Source: a bacterium (GTDB lineage: Bacteria; SAR324; XYD2-FULL-50-16; G965216635). Taken from it: a stretch of 64,000 bases of DNA. Where the stretch lies: contig OZ244188.1 of assembly GCA_965216635.1 (NCBI GenBank), positions 2,272,001-2,336,000 of the forward strand, written 5' to 3'. A program made the position numbers and the translations under genes. Below, piece after piece: positions 31,080 through 40,630 of the stretch. The notes under the pieces were generated by a model that was not told the DNA's origin, did no database searches, and worked only from the letters and a program-made list of their open reading frames with translations. Numbering within the stretch: the first letter of the stretch is position 1; each line of letters opens with the position of its first letter.

Positions 31080-32694
31080 GTCACCAATCTACAAAATTCG
31101 TCCTCTATACACAACTTAGACTCTCTGCTATTTATGGCTTTTTTTGTCACCAATCTACAAAATTCGTCCTCTATACACAACTGAGAGGCATTTGGTAGAT
31201 CTTATTTGTGGGTCACCAATCTACAAAATTCGTCCTCTATACACAACGGAAGCAAAGATTTTAAAAACATAGTCTTTGTCACCAATCTACAAAATTCGTC
31301 CTCTATACACAACCGTTTCCAAAACATATAATACTTCAAATGGGTCACCAATCTACAAAATTCGTCCTCTATACACAACTTTAATACTTTTTATAAAATC
31401 AAACTGGAAGTCACCAATCTACAAAATTCGTCCTCTATACACAACCACATTGCGAGATGTTTTTCAAATAAGAGTGTCACCAATCTACAAAATTCGTCCT
31501 CTATACACAACTAAATCTTGTTCTGCCTCTTTAAGCAGTTCGTCACCAATCTACAAAATTCGTCCTCTATACACAACGGGTTGTCTTGGTAAAAAACAAT
31601 GAAAAAAGTCACCAATCTACAAAATTCGTCCTCTATACACAACCCTATCCGCGGCAGAGATGATATTTTTGGGGTCACCAATCTACAAAATTCGTCCTCT
31701 ATACACAACCATCGAAGTAGGAGGGTATAAAATTTTACTGTCACCAATCTACAAAATTCGTCCTCTATACACAACATCAATCATAGTTTTTGTTCTTAAA
31801 ATTAAGTCACCAATCTACAAAATTCGTCCTCTATACACAACAAAGGACCATGTTACCTTTCCAAACAAATAGTCACCAATCTACAAAATTCGTCCTCTAT
31901 ACACAACGCGAAATACGAATTCATTTGTTTTTCAAGCGTCACCAATCTACAAAATTCGTCCTCTATACACAACAGGAAATTTATCGTATTCTCCCCAAGA
32001 ATGGTCACCAATCTACAAAATTCGTCCTCTATACACAACATGCTAGCATATTTTTATAGTTGCTATGTTGTCACCAATCTACAAAATTCGTCCTCTATAC
32101 ACAACATATCATACTTGTTAAGTCTTAAAGACGCCGTCACCAATCTACAAAATTCGTCCTCTATACACAACAGAAAAAGAAGGTTATAGCTATATAGATA
32201 TGTCACCAATCTACAAAATTCGTCCTCTATACACAACTGCTCTCGCAATTTCTGTTCTCGCAATTAAGTCACCAATCTACAAAATTCGTCCTCTATACAC
32301 AACTATATTGTTAATGGTTTTACTTATTAATTAGTCACCAATCTACAAAATTCGTCCTCTATACACAACATAATAAGACGTGTCCCAAATGCAAAGAGTG
32401 TCACCAATCTACAAAATTCGTCCTCTATACACAACAAGCCTTAGTTTTTTGAACCATTCTTTATGGTCACCAATCTACAAAATTCGTCCTCTATACACAA
32501 CTCTTAAGGTTATTTTATCAATTATCAATAAGTCACCAATCTACAAAATTCGTCCTCTATACACAACAAACATCTGTGCTTTTTAAGGACTATCCTAGTC
32601 ACCAATCTACAAAATTCGTCCTCTATACACAACTCAAAAAGGTTACAAATATGAAACGTCTGAAGTCACCAATCTACAAAATTCGTCCTCTATA
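31080..32694 (-). CRISPR. Main sub-array: 24 full 36-bp repeats, 1 truncated repeat, 24 spacers (30-31 bp)
   Basis: Repeat on + is GTCACCAATCTACAAAATTCGTCCTCTATACACAAC with a 66-bp period. Strand inferred from tracr complementarity (crRNA repeat begins GTTGTG). Confidence 0.98.
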
Positions 32695-32868
32695 TCGTTT
32701 AAGAGAAACAGATTAAAATCAAGAAGTCAGCAAAAGTGAAATGTGAAACAACCAGCGGTTGTTTCACTATAACCTTTATGAAATTAAAAGCAGTAAGACT
32801 GCCGTAGAACTACAGGATTTTCAAGCACTTATTATTCAAAAAAAATGAAAGAAAAAAGAATGGTAGAA

Positions 32869-32964
32869 GTCACCAATCTACAAAATTCGTCCTCTATACA
32901 CAACCCGAAGGGGCGGGGGGGTCTCCTCGCAGGGGTCACCAATCTACAAAATTCGTCCTCTATA
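32869..32964 (-). CRISPR. One-spacer mini-array
   Basis: Full repeat, a 30-bp GC-rich spacer, then a truncated repeat. Confidence 0.9.
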
Positions 32965-33210
32965 TCGTTTAAGAGAAACAGATTAAAATCAAGAAGTCAG
33001 CAAAAGTAGAATGTGAAACAACCAGTGGTTGTTTCACTATAACCTTTATGAAATTAAAAGCAGTAAGACTGCCGTAGAACTACAGGATTTTTAAGCACTT
33101 ATTTTTCAAAAAAAATGAAAGAAACTCTCAAAAAAATCTAATAAATAGTCTTTTTTTCTAGACTGAAATGTTGAATTTTGATAAGAATGGCGGGACTTTA
33201 AGAGCTATCT

Positions 33211-33900
33211 GTCACCAATCTACAAAATTCGTCCTCTATACACAACGTTTCGGGTTTGACGTCTTCTTTTTTTGCTGTCACCAATCTACAAAATTCGTCC
33301 TCTATACACAACACTGCCATTTTGTTATAATTAATAGTTTTTGTCACCAATCTACAAAATTCGTCCTCTATACACAACAAGATAGGCGTTCTTATAAAGA
33401 GCAAAAATGTCACCAATCTACAAAATTCGTCCTCTATACACAACATTCTTTTCAACCAGTACATCTTGCAGAATGTCACCAATCTACAAAATTCGTCCTC
33501 TATACACAACAATAAACAGTGTTTTTATTCTTTAGTTTAGGTCACCAATCTACAAAATTCGTCCTCTATACACAACTGGGCAGGGCGTTGCGAAAGCGTT
33601 GATTTAGTCACCAATCTACAAAATTCGTCCTCTATACACAACACTGAGTTAGTAGTGGTATCTACGATTCTAGTCACCAATCTACAAAATTCGTCCTCTA
33701 TACACAACTAGCCTACTAAATAAACCTCTCTTATGTCAGTCACCAATCTACAAAATTCGTCCTCTATACACAACGAAAGGTCTAGCGTTTTTCTGACCGC
33801 CTCTGTCACCAATCTACAAAATTCGTCCTCTATACACAACGGTGACATTGGCTTGGGCTGCTCCTCCTGCGTCACCAATCTACAAAATTCGTCCTCTATA
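33211..33900 (-). CRISPR. Second sub-array: 10 full repeats, 1 truncated repeat, 10 spacers
   Basis: Same repeat, 66-bp period. Confidence 0.97.
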
Positions 33901-34075
33901 TCGTTTAAGAGAAACAGATTAAAATTAAGAAGTCAGCAAAAGTAGAATGTGAAACAACCAGCGGTTATTTCACTATAACCTTTATGAAATTAAAAGCAAT
34001 AAGACTGCCGTAGAACTACAGGATTTTCAAGCACTTATTTTTCAAAAAAAATGAAAGAAAAAAGAATGGCGTTGA

Positions 34076-34110
34076 GTCACCAATCTACAAAATTCGTCCT
34101 CTGTCACAAC
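34076..34110 (-). CRISPR. Degenerate terminal repeat
   Basis: gtcaccaatctacaaaattcgtcctctgtcacaac (35 bp). Confidence 0.8.
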
Positions 34111-34123
34111 TTTAAAAAATTTG

Positions 34124-34582
34124 CTAACCTGATTCTACTTTTGGATTGGGTCCTCTAACATTCATGGCATCACTATCCTGAACTAAAAAAACAAATAGAA
34201 CAATGATACCAATAATATAAATAACCTGAACTAAAAAAAACAATAATAGAACAAAGGTGCCAACAATATTAATAATTGGGATAAATAGAATATTAATATT
34301 TGGGATGATTGTAATCAAAATCCACCAACCGCTACGATCCGTATCATGCAGTCTACGAACTGTTACTGAAAGATAAGGTAGCAATGTTCCTAATATATAG
34401 ATAGTAGCCAACAAAGAAGGAATATCATCAAGAAAAACTGTTGGTGTATCTAAATAGGCATCAACGAGCAAAAAAGCAAAAATAATTATTATATGAAAAA
34501 GGTAGAACATCCAAAATTCCTTTCTCCTTGCTCTTCCGCTAAATGTAGCGTATTTTTTTAATACTCTAATGTACCATTTCAT
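34124..34582 (-). CDS. DUF805 (YhaH-like) inner-membrane protein
   Basis: KYATFSGRARRKEFW and VRRLHDTDRSGWW. Confidence 0.9.
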   Translation of the reverse strand: MKWYIRVLKKYATFSGRARRKEFWMFYLFHIIIIFAFLLVDAYLDTPTVFLDDIPSLLATIYILGTLLPYLSVTVRRLHDTDRSGWWILITIIPNINILFIPIINIVGTFVLLLFFLVQVIYIIGIIVLFVFLVQDSDAMNVRGPNPKVESG

Positions 34583-34747
34583 AATGATTTTTACTTTAGT
34601 TAATAGAAAAGTAACATCTTAAAGAATTTTTTTGAAAAAGCAAGTGTCTTTTTGAGGTTTATTGACTACTGTTGCCCGAGCCTTGCAGCTCGGACTCGGG
34701 AGGAGGAATAATATTACGGAAAAGCAAAATTCGTCCTCTATACAACT

Positions 34748-35125
34748 TTATTTCTGGGAATGCAACCCAATTGTATTACCTTCAGTGTCCACGACAATGA
34801 CGCAAAAACCATATTCACCGATTGAGAATTTTGATTGCATGACCTTACCTCCTGCACTTGCTATTTTTGATTCCTCAACAGCACAATCCTCACTAGAAAA
34901 ATAAACGATAATACTGTTTCCACCTGTTGGCGAGTTATCCCTTCTTACAAGAGCACCACCGGCACCATACTGTGAAAAATCTGCGGGGAAAGACCACATA
35001 TCAACCGTTGAGTCTGTAGGGTCGTCCATTTTTTTCAAACTTACGCCAAATACTGATTCATAGAATTTTTTAGCCCGCTCAATATCGTCTACAAATATTT
35101 CAAAAAAACCAATTGGATTCTTCAT
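34748..35125 (-). CDS. VOC / glyoxalase family protein
   Basis: FFEIFVDDIERAKKFYESVFG ... DTEGNTIGL. Confidence 0.9.
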   Translation of the reverse strand: MKNPIGFFEIFVDDIERAKKFYESVFGVSLKKMDDPTDSTVDMWSFPADFSQYGAGGALVRRDNSPTGGNSIIVYFSSEDCAVEESKIASAGGKVMQSKFSIGEYGFCVIVVDTEGNTIGLHSQK

Positions 35126-35210
35126 AATAAAACTTTTTTAATAACATGCATAGATAAAAATGAAATTATGCGATCGCCTGTGCGTTCAACCGCCTAACTA
35201 TTAATATAAA

Positions 35211-35263
35211 TAGACTTTTGAAGTTGCTTACCAAAGTTTAGCCAAAGCAAATTCAAAGGTCTA
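35211..35263. mobile_element. MITE-like element, minimal copy
   Basis: tagacttttgaa ... aattcaaaggtcta. Confidence 0.6.
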
Positions 35264-35430
35264 TATAAAGCAATATTATTGCTTATATTCTGTATTTAAC
35301 ATAAAAATATATTTGCCGTCAACAACAGTTTTAGAAGAGTGCGAAAAAAAGAATAAACTTAATCTTCGTCAAAAAAACAACTATGAATCCAAAAAGAAGT
35401 GCTACCTTTCTGAAAGGTATAAGCATAAAC

Positions 35431-35682
35431 TAGACTTTTGAATTTGCCAAATAGGACAAAACTAGCTGTTTAGCCAAAACAAGCTTATTGCTTGACGTTT
35501 TTTATGGGCTATTTGTGAAACAGCCAAAGGGCTGTTTCACAGTTCATTCTTGCTTAATGCAAGGTTTGTAGTGCCCTGGTCACATTATTGTGGCACTACG
35601 GTATTTTAGCGAGCTAAAAAAATAAATGCCTTGCCTAGCCGTCACAGCTGGTTTTGTCCTAATTTGGCAAATTCAAAGGTCT
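35431..35682. mobile_element. MITE-like element, long copy
   Basis: Long inverted ends agacttttgaatttgccaaataggacaaaac / gttttgtcctaatttggcaaattcaaaggtct. Confidence 0.75.
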
Positions 35683-35802
35683 GCATTATAATTTTTTTTT
35701 TTGCTTGTTTTTTTTTAAAAATTTCTGTAGACTAAAATTTTAAGAAATTGGGTAATTATCTCACTCTTAATTTTATTTAATAATTCATCTATAATTTATA
35801 AA

Positions 35803-36336
35803 ATGAACTCAATATATAAAACTCTATTACTATTCGGTGCCTTGCTATCATTACTTATTACTAGTTGTGTTAGTCCAGAAGTTTTTGGACAGAAAGAAGG
35901 CATAGAATATACAATTACAGTAAAAAATACACTGCCTGGGGAACGACTCGCTAACATTTTTGCTGTAGGCGACCCTGACAATAGTAAAATATGGGTAGGT
36001 GATTATGTTTCAACAGAAGCGCGTACACAATTTACCACTGGTAATCCTAAAGATTTAGCGAATGTTCTCGGCGGAGACAGAAGCATTGTTGGAAAAATCA
36101 AAGTGGATGGCAGTCTTACATTTAAGTTTAGAACTACTGCTTCTACTGTCTTGATTACTTCAATGGTTCATCCAGACAAAACTCCTGACAATTACATAGC
36201 TGCTTTGGTTTCTTTGCAAGGAAAAGGAACAAACCAAACTGTTGTTTCTAAGCGATTTGATATTGGAGACGATGAAGATAGAAAGACAGTTGTAGAAGTT
36301 GGTCCTGCTGGGTCTGTTACTGTAAAAGCTGACTAG
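35803..36336 (+). CDS. Lipoprotein, possibly spondin-N-like
   Basis: Lipobox ITSC. YTITVKN..., SMV.P...D and FDIG loosely resemble bacterial spondin domains. Confidence 0.55.
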   Translation: MNSIYKTLLLFGALLSLLITSCVSPEVFGQKEGIEYTITVKNTLPGERLANIFAVGDPDNSKIWVGDYVSTEARTQFTTGNPKDLANVLGGDRSIVGKIKVDGSLTFKFRTTASTVLITSMVHPDKTPDNYIAALVSLQGKGTNQTVVSKRFDIGDDEDRKTVVEVGPAGSVTVKAD

Positions 36337-36338
36337 TA

Positions 36339-36520
36339 TAGACTTTTGAATTTGCCAAATAGGACAAAACTAGCTGTTTAGCCAAAACAAGCTTATTGCT
36401 TGACGTTTTTTATGGGCTATTTGTGAAACAGCCAAAGGGCTGTTTCACAGTTCATTCTTGCTTAATGCAAGGTTTATAGTTTTTTTTGTTACGCCATTAA
36501 AAATTTTTTTTTAACTTTTG
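36339..36520. mobile_element. MITE-like element, right end lost
   Basis: Matches 35431 onward for ~140 bp. Confidence 0.7.
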
Positions 36521-36637
36521 GCAGTTCGTGTCCCGCTGAATGCTAAATTTTAGTTCTTTAAATTTCAGTTCTTTTTGCTTCTACTAAGGCAAAAAAACAG
36601 TTCAATTTATTTTTAGCATAAATTCACAAAATGTTTC

Positions 36638-36666
36638 TTGACTTATGAAGTATTTTTTATTATTAT
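36638..36666 (+). promoter_or_regulatory. sigma70-like promoter of rpmB
   Basis: TTGACT-17 bp-TATTAT. Confidence 0.6.
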
Positions 36667-36706
36667 TTCAAGAAACTTTAGATTTTTAACTTCATAGAAA
36701 ATAAAA

Positions 36707-36946
36707 ATGGCATCAAGATGTAGTATTTCTGGAAAAAAACCTCTTACAGGCAATCTCGTTTCTCACGCTAGAAACCGCACAAAGACGAGACAGATGCCTA
36801 ATTTACATTGGAAAAAAATTTATGTAGAAGAACTCAAAAAAAATGTTCGTCTCAGAATCTCTTGCCACGCTTTGCGTTGTATAGATAAACTTGGTTTAAC
36901 GAAATACCTCAAAAAAAAAGGTTTGACACTTAAAGATATAATCTAA
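36707..36946 (+). CDS. rpmB: 50S ribosomal protein L28
   Basis: MASRCSISGKKP..GNLVSHA...R..PNL. Confidence 0.95.
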   Translation: MASRCSISGKKPLTGNLVSHARNRTKTRQMPNLHWKKIYVEELKKNVRLRISCHALRCIDKLGLTKYLKKKGLTLKDII

Positions 36947-37030
36947 AACCTTTGCATTAAGAAAAGCTAGGCACGCCGCATAGCCGAACTGGAATGTTTG
37001 AAGGTCTTATAACCTAATCCAAAAGATCAC

Positions 37031-40000
37031 TTGCCCGATACTGCTGTTCTTAAAAACAAAACCAGCCCTATTGTCCATTCTATTAGCGGTTTGTATGGGA
37101 GTTCTTTTTCTTTCTGGGTTTATTATAGGCTGCAAGAATCTCCTCGCCAATCCCATGTAATTCTGACTTCGGATAAAACAGAATCTCAAAGAATCATCAA
37201 CGAAATTTCTGCTCTCTTTTCCAGCGAACGAATTGCCGATGATGTCCCAAAAGGAAGCGAGCAAGCCGAAAAAACACAAATCCCCACCCCACAAATAGTT
37301 TATCTTCCTGCTTTTGATAATCTAGCTTACTATTCAGAAGTTCCCTTACCAGAATTAGTAGCAAGTAGGATAGATGCTTTTACAAAAATTTGCTCCCAAG
37401 ATTCAGAAAACCAAAATTCAGAAAAACAGCAACCAATCCTGTTGATTAGTGAAGTGCAATCTTTAATGGATAAATTAGATCTTTGGGAGAATCCGAGTAG
37501 TTTGAATCTTGTAAAAGGAGAACAATATCCAAGAGAAAAATTGCTTTCGGATTTGAGTGAGCTTGGTTATCAAAGAATGAGTGTTGTAGAAGCTCCCAAA
37601 GAATTTTCGGTGCGTGGAGAAATTTTAGATATTTTTCCTATTCAATCTGCGATGCCTTTTAGAATTAGCTTTTTTGACGATAGTATAGAGGAAATTAAAT
37701 ATTTTAATGTAGAAACTCAAATTAGTCAAAATGCTTTAAAAGAAAATTCTTTAACTCTTTTCCGTAGCTGCGAAATTGTGGCTTCTGAAGAAAATCGGCA
37801 GAAGGCATTTGACAGTTTAAGAGAAAAACGAAGTCAGCTTTCAGTTGCTAGCTATCAAGAAGCCTTAAAGCACTTAGAAAGTGGAATTTTTTTTTCGGGA
37901 GTAGAAAAATATCGCTGCTATTTTAGTAAAAAACAGTTTTCTTGGTTAGATTTTCTTGTAAAAGATTGGAAAATTTTTTTATGGCAAAAAGATAAAATAG
38001 ATTTAGCCTTGCAAAACTACGCTAATGAAATACAAGAAGAATATTTGCTTTATAAAGATCAAGAAACAACACCTCCCACTCCGAAGGAGCTATACTATCA
38101 AGCAGAAGAAGTTCAAGAAATGTTGTTAGATTTTTCTCCATTAGAAATTTATGAAAATGTAGAAACTGAGAATCCAACTCCTTCTTTTTTAGCTCAAAAT
38201 ACGATTTTTGAAACTGTAGAAACTGTCAGCTTATCTTTGACAACACAAAAGACACTTAAAAACAAAATTGAAGAATTAAAAAATTTAATTAAAAAAGGAG
38301 TTAAAATTACTATTAGTGCTCCCAATCTTAAAAGAGCAGAATGGATTGCAGATGTTTTAGAAGAGTTTTCTTTAGTTTCTACTATTTGCCGTGACTTCAA
38401 ATCCTACTTGAAGACAGAATTATTTGTTGCCCCTTTTCACAGATCTGCTTTTCAAAAAGCAGATAAACCTGTTGAAAATTCTTTAACTATTTTACCCTAT
38501 TCTTTTCAAAAGGGATTTTGCTACCAAAATGCAGGAGCAGTTTATCTACTCATTTATGAAGATTTACTTTTTGGTAAAAAGCTAGACTACCAAAAATCTC
38601 ACAAAATAAGTAGTTTTAAAACAAAAATATCCGATTTGAAATTAGGAGATTTTGTGGTTCATATGGACTACGGCATAGGCAAATACAAGGGAATCCATCG
38701 TCAAAAAATAGCAGGAGAAGAAGAAGATTTTTTACTTATAGAATACAAAAATGAAGACAAACTTTACTTGCCTGTAGATCAAATCACTTACAAAATCCAA
38801 AAATTCAATACCGCAGAAGAAAGCCATCCTAGTCTAGATGCACTAGGTAGCAAACAGTGGCTGCTCACAAAGAAAAAAGTAGAAGGAGATATCCAAAAAA
38901 TAGCCCAAGAATTGATAGAGATTTACGCTCAAAGACAACTTTCTAAAAGCCGTTCCTTTCATCCTCCCGAAAAAGAATTGCAGCTTTTTGCCAATGATTT
39001 TGCTTTTGTAGAGACAGACGACCAGCTTATAGCCATCAAAGATGTTTGGCAAGATTTAAAAAAAGAGCGGCCTATGGATAGATTGATTTGTGGGGATGCA
39101 GGTTTTGGAAAAACGGAAATTGCTATGCGCGCTGCTTTTCAAGTAGCTATAGAAGGTTTTCAAGTGTTGTTAATTGCTCCTACTACTATTTTGGTTCAAC
39201 AACACTTTGAAACATTCCAAAAAAGATTTAAAAATTTCCCCATAAAGATAGCTTTTTTAAGCCGTTTCTTGTCTGCTAAATTGGCAAAACAAACTATAAT
39301 GGATTTTCAAGACGGTAAGATAGATATACTAATAGGCACCCATAAGGCATTCAATGAAAAATTATATATAGAAAATTTAGGACTTTTAATCGTGGACGAA
39401 GAACAACGGTTTGGAGTTTTGCAGAAAGAAAAATTAAGAAAATTCAGAGCCAAAATAGATTTACTCACTTTAAGCGCTACTCCTATACCTAGAACTCTCA
39501 ATATGTCTTTGTTGGGCATTCGCGATATTTCTTTAATTAGCACTGCTCCGCAAAATAGAAAAATAACAAAAACTAGGGTTTTGTCTTTCAACGCTAAACT
39601 TATTAAAGAGGCTGTGAAAAGAGAAACTGCTCGCTACGGACAGGTCTTTATTCTTTATAATCAAGTAAAAACTATAGACAAATTTTTAATAGAATTACAA
39701 AGAATTTTGCCAGAATACTCTATAGAAATAGCTCACGGCCAAATGGATAAGAAAAATTTAGAGGAGGTGATATTAAAGTTTGTGAATAAAAAATTTCAAA
39801 TTTTACTAACTTCCACTATCATAGAATCAGGTTTAGATTTACCCAATGCCAATACTTTAATTGTGTGCGATTCTCAAAAATTTGGATTAGCACAGCTTTA
39901 CCAGTTGAGAGGGAGAATTGGACGCTCTGATAAAGTGGCATTTGCTTATTTTTTATTACCAGAAAACAAAACAATCACTCAAAAGGCTACCGAGAGACTC

Positions 40001-40630
40001 CATGTTTTATTAGAAACACAAGGTTTGGAGGGTTATCGTATTGCCAATCGGGATTTAGAATTACGAGGGGTTGGTAATTTAGTAGGAACTGAGCAATCAG
40101 GACAAGTTCAAAGTGTAGGCTACGACCTTTTTATGGCTATGATTGATGAGGCAATCCAAAAACTGAAAGAGTCAGGATCGCCCCAAAATAACTGGGCGGA
40201 TATTCGCATTTATTCTTTTATTAAAGGGTTTATTCCTGATGGTTATATCAATGACGCGAATGTTCGGCTTTATATTTATCAAAGTATTAACCAGTGCAGA
40301 AATCAAACAAAAATAGAAAACTACCAAGAAGAGCTACGTGATAGATTTGGCAGAATACCAGAAGAAGTGAACAATCTTTTTGGGATTGTAAGTTTAAAAA
40401 ATTTAGCTTATAACTATCGTATGGAAAAAATTCAAATAGAGCAGCAAAACATTCAAATACATTTTTTTCTTAATTTTGATATAACAGAAGAAAATTTATG
40501 GAAGTTAGCGAAAAATAGTAAGGTTAAACTTTTACCAGATAATACAATTTCTATTCAACCAGAAAAAAAAATAACGAGTCTTCAAGAAGCCGAAACCGAA
40601 ATAACCCATTTTTACAATCAAAATTTATGA
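37031..40630 (+). CDS. mfd: Transcription-repair coupling factor
   Basis: RGEILDIFP, VVHMDYGIG, CGDAGFGKTE, DEEQRFG and QLRGRIGR. Confidence 0.97.
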   Translation: MPDTAVLKNKTSPIVHSISGLYGSSFSFWVYYRLQESPRQSHVILTSDKTESQRIINEISALFSSERIADDVPKGSEQAEKTQIPTPQIVYLPAFDNLAYYSEVPLPELVASRIDAFTKICSQDSENQNSEKQQPILLISEVQSLMDKLDLWENPSSLNLVKGEQYPREKLLSDLSELGYQRMSVVEAPKEFSVRGEILDIFPIQSAMPFRISFFDDSIEEIKYFNVETQISQNALKENSLTLFRSCEIVASEENRQKAFDSLREKRSQLSVASYQEALKHLESGIFFSGVEKYRCYFSKKQFSWLDFLVKDWKIFLWQKDKIDLALQNYANEIQEEYLLYKDQETTPPTPKELYYQAEEVQEMLLDFSPLEIYENVETENPTPSFLAQNTIFETVETVSLSLTTQKTLKNKIEELKNLIKKGVKITISAPNLKRAEWIADVLEEFSLVSTICRDFKSYLKTELFVAPFHRSAFQKADKPVENSLTILPYSFQKGFCYQNAGAVYLLIYEDLLFGKKLDYQKSHKISSFKTKISDLKLGDFVVHMDYGIGKYKGIHRQKIAGEEEDFLLIEYKNEDKLYLPVDQITYKIQKFNTAEESHPSLDALGSKQWLLTKKKVEGDIQKIAQELIEIYAQRQLSKSRSFHPPEKELQLFANDFAFVETDDQLIAIKDVWQDLKKERPMDRLICGDAGFGKTEIAMRAAFQVAIEGFQVLLIAPTTILVQQHFETFQKRFKNFPIKIAFLSRFLSAKLAKQTIMDFQDGKIDILIGTHKAFNEKLYIENLGLLIVDEEQRFGVLQKEKLRKFRAKIDLLTLSATPIPRTLNMSLLGIRDISLISTAPQNRKITKTRVLSFNAKLIKEAVKRETARYGQVFILYNQVKTIDKFLIELQRILPEYSIEIAHGQMDKKNLEEVILKFVNKKFQILLTSTIIESGLDLPNANTLIVCDSQKFGLAQLYQLRGRIGRSDKVAFAYFLLPENKTITQKATERLHVLLETQGLEGYRIANRDLELRGVGNLVGTEQSGQVQSVGYDLFMAMIDEAIQKLKESGSPQNNWADIRIYSFIKGFIPDGYINDANVRLYIYQSINQCRNQTKIENYQEELRDRFGRIPEEVNNLFGIVSLKNLAYNYRMEKIQIEQQNIQIHFFLNFDITEENLWKLAKNSKVKLLPDNTISIQPEKKITSLQEAETEITHFYNQNL

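Larger units (their letters stand above)
28187..34075 (+). repeat. 18 copies of a 101-bp leader-associated block interspersed through the CRISPR array
   Basis: Starts at 28187, 28288, 28557, 28827, 29003, 29245, 29488, 29764, 29940, 30041, 30142, 30243, 30518, 30619, 30823, 32695, 32965 and 33901. Confidence 0.9.

Noticed and set aside
28557..33901. Idea that the 101-bp block is a transposon inserted into CRISPR repeats
   Set aside because: The missing CACAAC never reappears after the block, and there are no terminal inverted repeats or target duplications. A fusion followed by amplification fits better.
29067..33945. Many short ORFs with repeating peptides (SPIYKIRPLYT, LCIEDEFCRLVT)
   Set aside because: Translations of CRISPR repeats. 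The 66-bp period keeps the frame open.
35130..35210. Possible integron attC near the VOC and DUF805 genes (gcctaac at ~35192)
   Set aside because: Only one core-like heptamer, with no paired R''/R' and L boxes and no integrase.
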